A stretch of DNA of 64,000 bases, taken from positions 187,443-251,442 of the forward strand of contig CAWGED010000012.1 in NCBI GenBank assembly GCA_963821525.1, written 5' to 3'. How positions within the stretch are numbered: the first letter of the stretch is position 1; each line of letters opens with the position of its first letter. The stretch is from an uncultured Gemmatimonadales bacterium (GTDB lineage Bacteria > Gemmatimonadota > Gemmatimonadetes > Gemmatimonadales > GWC2-71-9). Both the position numbers and the translations under genes were made by a program. Positions 34,486-42,754 of the stretch are shown piece by piece. The notes beneath the pieces were generated by a model. That model was given only the letters and a program-made list of their open reading frames with translations, had not been told where the DNA came from and did no database searches.

Positions 34486-36243
34486 TTGATGAGGAAATAC
34501 CTCCTCGTTGTATCGCTGCTTCTGGCTTCGGTCGCGAGCGTGTGGGGGCAGGATACGACGGCCACGCATGCGGACACTATCCGCGGCTCTATCACCCCGG
34601 AGCGAGCGTGGTGGGACGTCGCGTATTACGACCTGCGGGTACGGGTCAACCCGGCCGACAGCACCATTCGCGGCGTGAATCACATCACCTATCGGATTCT
34701 CCAGTCCGATAGCGTGATTCAGATCGACCTCCAGGTCCCGCTTCAGATCGACAGCTTCGTCCAGCAGGGACAGCGCCTGCAATACCGCCGGGACGGCAAT
34801 GCGTTCTTCGTCTATCTCGTGGCGGGACAAGAGAAGGGCGCACAGCAAACCATCAGCGCGTTCTACTCGGGCCACCCGCATCCGGCCAAGCACGCGCCCT
34901 GGGACGGCGGCTTCGTCTGGGCGTCGGACAGCGTGGGACACACCTGGATCGCGACCGCCTGCCAAGGCGCCGGCGCCAGCATCTGGTGGCCCACCAAAGA
35001 CACCCAGGCCGACGAGCCGGACAGCCAGCGGGTCGTCATCACCGTACCCGACTCTCTGAAGGATGTCTCCAACGGACGCCTGCGGGCGGTCACTTCAAAC
35101 GGGGACGGCACGACCACCTACGACTGGTTCGTCTCTCAGCCGATCAACAATTACGACATCACGGTGAACGCGGGAGACTACGCCCATATCAAGGACGCCT
35201 ATTACGGCGAGGGGGGGCGGCTCGATCTCAACTACTGGCCCCTCAGCTACCACTATTGGACCGCCCAGCGACAGTTCGCCCAGGTGAAGCCGATGCTGCG
35301 CTGCTTCGAGGGTTGGTTCGGGCCCTACCCGTGGTACGAAGACGGCTATCAGCTGGTCGAGACCCCGCATCTGGGAATGGAGCACCAGAGTGCCGTCGCC
35401 TACGGCAATCACTACATGAACGGCTACCTCGGCAGGGACCTCTCGGGCACCGGCCAGGGAGACGACTGGGATTTCATCATCGTCCACGAGAGCGCCCACG
35501 AGTGGTGGGGCAACAGCCTCACCACCGCCGACCTGGCGGACATGTGGGTTCACGAAGGCTTCGCCAACTACGCCGAGGGATTGTACGTGGAGTGCCTGCG
35601 TGGAAAGGCAGCTGGAGCGGAGTACAACATCGGCAACCGGAAAGGGATCAGGAACGACCGCCCGATCACTCCGGCCTATGGGCTCAACCGCGAAGGCTCG
35701 GGTGACATGTACCCCAAGGGAGGGAACATGCTTCACACGATCCGCCAGGTCATCAACGATGACGCCAAGTGGCGGGAGATCCTCCGCGGCCTCGCTCAGA
35801 ACTTCCGCCACCAGATCGTGACCGCGAGACAGGTTGAGGACTACATCAACCAGAAATCGGGGATCAACTTCGACAAGGTGTTCCAGGAGTACCTGGCCAC
35901 CACGATGGTTCCCACGCTCGAATACAAAATCGAGGGTGCCACGCTCTCCTATCACTGGGTAAATGTGGTGCCGGGGTTCGATATGCCGGTGAGGGTGAAA
36001 ACCGGCGCGCCGGCAGTAGCGGCAAAAACGGGAACGGGGAACAGGGAAAAGGGAACGGGGAAGAAGGGAGAAGGCGGCAAGGAGAAGGAACAGGCAAATC
36101 CAGTGATGGATCCCGATTGGTCAGTTATCACACCAACCGAGGATTGGAAGACGGTCACATTGTCGCTTCAGAATCCTGCCGAATTCAAGGTTGATCCGAA
36201 TTTCTATGTCGAGGTGAGTCAGGTCGGAGTGGGGGCGCAGTAG
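34486..36243 (+). CDS. M1 family zinc metallopeptidase, secreted
   Basis: Signal peptide, GMEH, HESAHEWWG, downstream WVHEGFANY, MYPKGG. Confidence 0.92.
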   Translation: MMRKYLLVVSLLLASVASVWGQDTTATHADTIRGSITPERAWWDVAYYDLRVRVNPADSTIRGVNHITYRILQSDSVIQIDLQVPLQIDSFVQQGQRLQYRRDGNAFFVYLVAGQEKGAQQTISAFYSGHPHPAKHAPWDGGFVWASDSVGHTWIATACQGAGASIWWPTKDTQADEPDSQRVVITVPDSLKDVSNGRLRAVTSNGDGTTTYDWFVSQPINNYDITVNAGDYAHIKDAYYGEGGRLDLNYWPLSYHYWTAQRQFAQVKPMLRCFEGWFGPYPWYEDGYQLVETPHLGMEHQSAVAYGNHYMNGYLGRDLSGTGQGDDWDFIIVHESAHEWWGNSLTTADLADMWVHEGFANYAEGLYVECLRGKAAGAEYNIGNRKGIRNDRPITPAYGLNREGSGDMYPKGGNMLHTIRQVINDDAKWREILRGLAQNFRHQIVTARQVEDYINQKSGINFDKVFQEYLATTMVPTLEYKIEGATLSYHWVNVVPGFDMPVRVKTGAPAVAAKTGTGNREKGTGKKGEGGKEKEQANPVMDPDWSVITPTEDWKTVTLSLQNPAEFKVDPNFYVEVSQVGVGAQ

Positions 36244-36293
36244 ACGCTGGGCGGTCTAGTGGTGAGCATTGATGAGAAGGAAGAAGGGAGAAC

Positions 36294-36878
36294 GTGACGG
36301 AGAGCGACCTGGAACAACTATTTCGCCGCGCGCAGGAAGCGGACCCTGACGCCGCGGAACAGTTGTTTGCTCTTCTCTATGACGAGCTGCACCGTCTCGC
36401 CGAACATCACCTCCACCGGGGGAACTCGGCGCTGACAATCGGGACCACCACTCTGGTTCACGAGGCCTATCTGAACATGATAGGCCGGACCGACGTGTCC
36501 TTTCCGGACCGGCAGCGGTTCTTCGCCTACGCGTCGCGGGCGATGCGCGGTCTGGTTATCGACTTTGCCCGCCGACGCTGTGCCAAGAAGCGGGGAAGGA
36601 TGCTGGAGATCACGCTCGAAGAAGGCGGCGTCGGATCACCCGAAGTGAAGGAGGCAACTCAGGATCTGCCGGCGCTCAACGAGGGATTGAATCGCCTTGC
36701 CGGGCTGGATCCAATGCTCGCGGAGTTGGTGGATCTGCATTTCTTCGGCGGGTTCTCGTTTGCCGAGATCGCGACACTGCGCGGCATCTCGGAGCGAACC
36801 GTTGAGCGCGAATGGCGCAAGGCTCGGACTCTGTTGCATCGGCTGGTGCGCGAGACTGGGGAACAAACGCAGCAGTAG
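36294..36878 (+). CDS. ECF sigma factor, ECF43/TIGR02999-like
   Basis: LYDELHRLA, GTTTLVHEAY, FFAYASRAMR..VID.AR...A.KRG, LHFFGG.S..EIA, SERTV.REW..AR. Confidence 0.9.
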   Translation: MTESDLEQLFRRAQEADPDAAEQLFALLYDELHRLAEHHLHRGNSALTIGTTTLVHEAYLNMIGRTDVSFPDRQRFFAYASRAMRGLVIDFARRRCAKKRGRMLEITLEEGGVGSPEVKEATQDLPALNEGLNRLAGLDPMLAELVDLHFFGGFSFAEIATLRGISERTVEREWRKARTLLHRLVRETGEQTQQ

Positions 36879-36900
36879 CCCGCCGCACGCAGAAGCTCAT

Positions 36901-37932
36901 CTAGCGAGGTTGCGACTCCAGGAAGCGATCCAGCTCCTCCCCAAACTCGGCAACCGATTGGTACCGCTCGGTGGGCTCTTTGCGAAGTGCCTTGGCAAGG
37001 ATGTTGTCGAGTTCTCCCAACCCGAGTCTCGCCGGCTCCGTCGAGAGAATGGAAACCATGCACTGCATCGGCGTGATAGACTCCTCGCTCGTCGGGTGCT
37101 TCCCTGACACCAGAACGTAGAGCAGGACACCCAACGCATAGACGTCCGTCGCCACCGTAAGATCTTTCCCCCGGATCTGCTCTGGTGCCGCGTACTGCGG
37201 GGTGAGAATCGGTTTGCCCGCGACAGTGAGGGAACGCTTGCTGACCCCTCCGGTGTCCAGGAGCTTGGCGATGCCGAAATCGAGCAGTTTAGCCTTGCCG
37301 TCGTGGGTGACGAGGATGTTTGATGGTTTGAGATCGCGATGAAGCACCTGGTTGCTGTGTGCATGCCCGACCGCCGCCAGCACCTGGCGAAACAGGACGA
37401 TGCGTTGCGCCAACGAGAGTTCCTCGGCGAAAACATCGATCGGCTTACCCTCCACGTACTCCAGCATCAGATACGGCTGACCCCCCGCAGCGCTCACTCC
37501 TGCCTCGATCAGGCGTGCGATCCCCGGATGCGCCAGACGGGCAAGGACTGACCCTTCACGCCGAAATCGCTCCTCGCCTTTCGCGCTGACGAGTGAAGGG
37601 GACAGGAGCTTCACGGCTGTCAGAGTGTCTCCCCGCCCATCGATTCGCCGAGCGAGCCAAACTGTCCCCATTCCGCCACGACCCAGGGGCCGCTCGAGCC
37701 GATAGGCTCCGATTTCCAGCCCCTCGAGACTCGGGTGTGGCGTCTCGCCAAGAAAACCGCTCCGGTCGGCCAACGCTTCCTCTGCGAGGAACGAGCTGAC
37801 TTCCGAAGCGATCGTCGGCGATTGACGAGACAAAGTGTCAATCCAGCGACTGCGCTCGCCCGGAGGCAGATCAAGCACGCGATCAATCAGCGGACCGAGG
37901 ATCTGCCAGTTGCTACGAGTGATGGTCGTCAT
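36901..37932 (-). CDS. Ser/Thr kinase of ECF43-associated type, kinase domain only
   Basis: N-terminal LDLPPGER helix, LGRGGMG.V, HRDLKPSN, LLDFG, LTPQYAAPEQ, DVYALG. Confidence 0.9.
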   Translation of the reverse strand: MTTITRSNWQILGPLIDRVLDLPPGERSRWIDTLSRQSPTIASEVSSFLAEEALADRSGFLGETPHPSLEGLEIGAYRLERPLGRGGMGTVWLARRIDGRGDTLTAVKLLSPSLVSAKGEERFRREGSVLARLAHPGIARLIEAGVSAAGGQPYLMLEYVEGKPIDVFAEELSLAQRIVLFRQVLAAVGHAHSNQVLHRDLKPSNILVTHDGKAKLLDFGIAKLLDTGGVSKRSLTVAGKPILTPQYAAPEQIRGKDLTVATDVYALGVLLYVLVSGKHPTSEESITPMQCMVSILSTEPARLGLGELDNILAKALRKEPTERYQSVAEFGEELDRFLESQPR

Positions 37933-38069
37933 AGAGGCGCTCTGACCTTTGATCGCAATTCCCCCGCCCAAGGCGACAAGCGAACCTGTCGGTCAATCCG
38001 GAAGCATTGCGATGTAGAAGTATCGCATCAGGAATCAGCGTGGCCTGGAATCGAGCAACGGAGGACATC

Positions 38070-39438
38070 ATGACACGTAATCAACTGGTCGGCGAGACGA
38101 TTGTCATCGCGACGATACTGCTGGCCGCCTGCACCGATCAGACAACGGGACCGGGTTCGGGATCAGGGAACTCCAAGTCAATCCTTCCGGGCCTCCCGGA
38201 GACCGTCCGTGTCCTGGCTGCGAGCCGGCACATCGGCCCACTGCCATCTCCTCCGCCAGTCAGACCGGCCCTCGTCACCTTGGGGCAGGCGCTCGCCTTT
38301 GACAAGGTGCTGTCCGGGAACCGGGACATTTCCTGTATGACCTGCCATCTGCCGGCCTTCGGTACCGGCGATGACCGGAGCCTCTCGATCGGACAGGGAG
38401 CCACACGACTGGGGCCGCACCGGGTCCACCCTCAAGGTCTCTTCATTCCGCGGAACGCGCCCTCGCTCTTCAACCTGGGTGCCATGAAGTCGCTGTTCCT
38501 GGACGGGCGCGTCTCGGAGGATTCGCTGGGCCGGTACCACACACCGGCCGGGGCCAGGCTTAGTCCGAGGATGACCGCGGTATTCGAGTTTGGGGCGCTA
38601 TCGGCGCAGCCGTTGTTTCCGGTTCTGTCCCGGGAGGAAATGCGGGCCTTCAGCGGCAACGAGCTGGCGGCGATTCCCGACGACGACATGCGACGCGTCT
38701 GGGCCGCGATCATGGTCCGGCTCGGCGCCGATTCCCGAATATCGCAAGATGTTCGAGGCGGCCTACCCAGGGACTCCCTTTGAAAAAATGACCTTCGCCC
38801 ACGCGAGCAACGCGATCGCGGGATTCATGGTCGACCGGCTTCACTTCAACCAGTCGCCATGGGACCGCTTTCTCGCGGGAGACAACAAGGCGCTCAGCAA
38901 CGATCAGCTGATCGGAGCCCGGGACTTCCTGAGCCTGCGCTGCTCCATCTGCCACAACGGGCCGGCATTCAGCGATAACCAGTTCCACAATGTCGCCCTG
39001 GCCCAGTTCGGACCGGGGAAAGGCAATGGGCCCCTCAAGAACGACGACTTCGGCCGCCTGAACGTGCAGCGGGACAATCCCGCGATGCGCTACGCATTCC
39101 GGACCTCGCCTCTCCGGAACATCGTCTGACCGCGCCCTACGGGCACGACGGGGCATTCTTCAGCCTGCGCGACTTCATCGCCCATTACAGCGAAAGCGAT
39201 GTGAAGCTGAGAACCTTCGACCCGACCACGCTCGAGCCACTTGCTCCAGGGAACCCTGGTGAACAACGCGTCGGCGATCCTGGCGACTCGCGACACGATC
39301 CTGAACGGAGTGGTGATTCCGGATTCGATCATCGACCACCTGACCACGTTCATGAGTGCCCTGACCGATGATCCGAAACACTATCCCAGCGTGACTCCGC
39401 CGCGGGTGCCGAGTGGGTTGCCGGTGGATAGGCCGTAG
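38070..39438 (+). CDS. Di-heme cytochrome c peroxidase/MauG superfamily lipoprotein (frameshifts near 38730 and 39125)
   Basis: Lipobox LAAC, LSGNRDISCMTCH, RNAPSLFN, CSICHNG, FRTSPLRN, APYGHDG. Confidence 0.88.
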
Positions 39439-39468
39439 GGGGGAGGGATCCAGAGATGGGCGGAAGGA

Positions 39469-39935
39469 CACCTCATCCCGAACGAAGTGAGGGATCTGGC
39501 CTGGGCAGCCCTGAACTCTGTTGAGCCTCGGGTGACAGTTCGGTCTCAGGTTTGGCGGGGTGAGAACGCCCCGCTTCTTCGTTTACATCCTGGCAAGCCA
39601 TTCGGGCGCCCTCTACACCGGGGTGACGCGACACCTGCTCCGCCGAGTCCATCAGCATCGTGAAGGGCTGATTCCCGGGTTCACGCGTCGGTATCGGGTG
39701 ACCCGCCTCGTGTATTTCGAGGAGACTTCGGAGGCTCGGTCCGCTTTCGCACGCGAGCGGCAGATCAAGGGATGGTCGCGGCTTAAGAAGGTTCAGCTGG
39801 TCGAATCGGTCAATTCCGGATGGATAGATCTGGCAGAGAATTGGTTTTCCGAGCAGGACTAGGAATTCGGGGCGTTACAGGCATCCAGGCCTTGGACGGT
39901 AGATCCCTCGTCGCTTCGCTCCTCGGGATGAGGTG
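39469..39935. mobile_element. Candidate autonomous element: GIY-YIG gene bounded by inverted palindromic arms
   Basis: Left arm CACCTCATCCCGAACGAAGTGAGGGATCT (39469-39497) and right arm AGATCCCTCGTCGCTTCGCTCCTCGGGATGAGGTG (39901-39935) are inverted and match four gene-less copies; mobility is inferred. Confidence 0.6.
39560..39862 (+). CDS. Small GIY-YIG nuclease family protein
   Basis: FVYILAS..LYTGVT..L.RRV.QH, FT.RY.V.RLVYFE, A.ARERQIKGWSR.KK..L.E..N..W.DL. Confidence 0.92.
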   Translation: MRTPRFFVYILASHSGALYTGVTRHLLRRVHQHREGLIPGFTRRYRVTRLVYFEETSEARSAFARERQIKGWSRLKKVQLVESVNSGWIDLAENWFSEQD

Positions 39936-39965
39936 CTTCCTAAACCATTTGGTGACAGGCAGATC

Positions 39966-39994
39966 TTGCCAAAAACGAACGTTCGTGCTATTCT
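39966..39994 (+). promoter_or_regulatory. Sigma70-like promoter with palindromic operator for tetR
   Basis: TTGCCA-17bp-TATTCT; perfect palindrome ACGAACGTTCGT (39975-39986) in the spacer; ATG 5 nt after the -10 box. Confidence 0.7.
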
Positions 39995-39999
39995 AACCC

Positions 40000-40626
40000 A
40001 TGACCAAGGGTGCTCAAACCCGCGAAGCAATCCTCGACCACGCCATCCGCCTGGCCAGTGAGGCCGGGCTCGAGGGCCTGACGATCGGGACCCTGGCGGA
40101 TGACCTCAAACTCTCCAAGAGTGGGCTCTTCGCCCATTTCCGTTCTAAAGAAGCGCTCCAGATCCAGGTGCTCGAGCACGCAGCAGAGGTCTTCGTCGAG
40201 TCGGTCGTCCGCCCGGCTCTCAAGGCCCCTCGGGGCGAGCCCCGGCTCCGGGTCCTGTTCGAGCGATGGCTGGAGTGGGGTCGAGCCACCGAACTACCCG
40301 GTGGATGCATCTTCGCCGCAGCCGCCAGCGAGATGGATGACCGTCCTGGGCCGGTAAGGGATCGCCTGGTCGAGCTACAGCGTGAGTGGTTCGGCGTCAT
40401 CGCCATTTCCTTCCTCAAGGGAGTGGTCGAAGGCCACTTTCGGGAAGACGCCGACCCCGATCAGTTCGCGCAGGATCTCTACGGCATCATGCTTGGCTTT
40501 CATCACGCGTCCCGGCTGCTTCAGGATCCGGAGGCCGGCCGCCGTGCGCGAAGGGCCTTTGAACGACTACTCGTTGATGCAGCACCAAGTCCCCGTCCCC
40601 GCCCCGTGACCCCCAGTACGTCGTGA
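40000..40626 (+). CDS. TetR/AcrR family transcriptional regulator
   Basis: TREAILD.A..LAS..GLEGLTIG.LA....SKSGLFAHF.SKE, GGCIF. Confidence 0.93.
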   Translation: MTKGAQTREAILDHAIRLASEAGLEGLTIGTLADDLKLSKSGLFAHFRSKEALQIQVLEHAAEVFVESVVRPALKAPRGEPRLRVLFERWLEWGRATELPGGCIFAAAASEMDDRPGPVRDRLVELQREWFGVIAISFLKGVVEGHFREDADPDQFAQDLYGIMLGFHHASRLLQDPEAGRRARRAFERLLVDAAPSPRPRPVTPSTS

Positions 40627-41531
40627 GCACCATGCGAATCTCCCGTCTGGCCTTCAAGGCCCTGCAGTCGGTCTCACCCGACAAAGCCGCGGCTCTCGCT
40701 GAACGTCTCTTCTTCTCGGTCAGCCAGACCCACCTTCCTGCCGACTGTACCGCAGTGCTCGAGGAGGGTACTCCGTTCACCGTTCGGGTTGCTGGAAGAG
40801 AGATTGTCGCCTGGTCCTGGGGATCCGGGCCCGTCGTTTACCTGGTCCACGGATGGGGGTCTCGGGGAGGGCGACTCGCGGGATTCGTCGCACCCCTGCT
40901 CGCGGCGGGATATCAGGTGGTGACTCACGACGCTCCGGGCCACGGCGCCTCGGGTTTCGGCATGACTTCGATGCCCGAGTTCGCCCGCGCGCTGAGAGCG
41001 GTGGATGACGCCGTCGGGCCGGCCTTCGGTATCGTGGCCCATTCGATGGGGGCCTCAGCCTCGACCCTCGCCATGGCCCAGGGACTCACGGTCTCCCGCG
41101 CCGTCTTCCTGGCTCCGGCGGCAAATCCTGCAGCCTACGTTGCCCCGTTTGCCAAGATGTTGGGACTCAAGCAGGAGGTGGTGCGACGGCTTCGGGAACG
41201 GAGTCAGCGTCGCGTCGCCTTCAACTGGGACGATCTCGATGTCCCGTCCATGGCGCGAGGACTCGAAGTGCCACTGCTCGTGTTCCACGACGACCACGAT
41301 CGGGTAGTCTCCCCGTCCGACGGGATGGCGATTACGGCGGCGTGGCCCAAGGCGAGCCTCGTCTCAACGACGGGGCTGGGTCACCGCGGGGTCACCAGCG
41401 ACCCCGCAGTAATCCGGCAAGCGGTTCAGTTTCTGACGGGAGAGGAATATCCAGAGGCGCCGGCCAGCACCGACTGGGGAGCCAAGGAGTTGGAGCGCGA
41501 CCTATTCAACCGCGAAGCGAGGAGAGTCTAA
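40623..41531 (+). CDS. Alpha/beta hydrolase
   Basis: LVHGWGS, DAPGHG, AHSMG, HD.HD.VV, GLGH; overlaps the tetR stop. Confidence 0.9.
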   Translation: MSTMRISRLAFKALQSVSPDKAAALAERLFFSVSQTHLPADCTAVLEEGTPFTVRVAGREIVAWSWGSGPVVYLVHGWGSRGGRLAGFVAPLLAAGYQVVTHDAPGHGASGFGMTSMPEFARALRAVDDAVGPAFGIVAHSMGASASTLAMAQGLTVSRAVFLAPAANPAAYVAPFAKMLGLKQEVVRRLRERSQRRVAFNWDDLDVPSMARGLEVPLLVFHDDHDRVVSPSDGMAITAAWPKASLVSTTGLGHRGVTSDPAVIRQAVQFLTGEEYPEAPASTDWGAKELERDLFNREARRV

Positions 41532-42536
41532 GGCGTCGGCTTCCCCGCCCCGGCGGGACCGACCTCGCGCGCGACCGATGGTATTCGCGTCGGTCCCGAA
41601 CCAGATGCTGCGACTCTTCGGATCGAACACCATGTGGCGGACCACCAGTCCGCCACTCTTCGCGATCGGGACCGGAGTTCCGAACTTTTCCGACTTGGGA
41701 TCGAAGGAAACGAACTGGTTCGGCTGCGGACCGGTCTCGACCTGCCACACCCGACCGGTATTGTCACCCGCCATCGCGTAGGGTCCCGAATTGGCGCCGG
41801 ACGGATTGGCCCACTCCGAGATCTTTCCCGTGACCGGATCGAGGCGGACCAGCATCCCGCGGGCATAGTCGCCCACGAAGATCTTGTCGTCCGGGGTGAT
41901 CACGATCCGTCGGGGACGAGCTGAAGGATTGGAGATGGTGTACTCGGTGAGCTTGAAGCTCACGGGGTCCACGGTCCCAATCCGGTTGGCGCCGAACTCG
42001 TCGAACCAGGGACGGCCCTTCGAGTCGATCGCGATTCCATAGGGCCTCGAGCCCGTGGCCGGCATCGGAACGATCCGGAATTTGCCGTCGGACGTGGTGA
42101 GCTTCCCGACCGCATTCCCGGCCTGCACCGTGAACCAGATGTCTCCCTTGGAGTCGAAGACCAGGGTATGCGGGTCGCCCAGGTTCTTATCGGGCAGCGG
42201 GTAGCGGGTGATGGAGCCGTCGGCCGGATTGAGCTTGCCGATCATGCCGTTCTGATTGCCGGAATACCACACCATCCCGTCCTTGGCGACGATGACGTTG
42301 TGCGGATTGGTGCCCGGGTCTATCTCGTAGCGCTTGAACTCGCCTTTCACCGGATCGAGCACCGCGACGTAATTGGCGGCCTGTCCTACGAACCAGACTC
42401 GTCCATCGGGTGCAACTGAGGGATCCCGCGGCCGGCTCTCCGGCCAGGGAACGGTCCATTCGGTGAGTTGGAGCCCGGGGTCCTGCGCGAGGAGCAGGTT
42501 GGGAAGCAGGATGAGCGAGAGGGCTATGGATCGCAT
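41528..42536 (-). CDS. Secreted Vgb (virginiamycin B lyase)-like beta-propeller protein
   Basis: Signal peptide; repeated P.....DG.VW(F/Y) blades; probable frameshift near 41570. Confidence 0.8.
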
Positions 42537-42754
42537 ACAGACCTCAGACGTCGATTGTCGGTGGTCGGTTATCGGGCCTGCGGTGGAGCCACGAGCAACT
42601 ATCCGAGATAGACGGCGGTTCGAGCCTCACGAGTTTCTCGATCCCCGGCTACCCCCGGAGTGTCCTACCTCATCCGTGGCTGAAGTCTCCGTCCGCGTTC
42701 GGAGGCTTTCCGTCCGCCGCCTTCTCACTTCTTACTTCTTACTTCTCACGCTGT

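Noticed and set aside
41528..42536. Streptogramin resistance gene vgb
   Set aside because: Only the propeller repeat pattern is evident and the protein has a signal peptide; resistance function is unsupported
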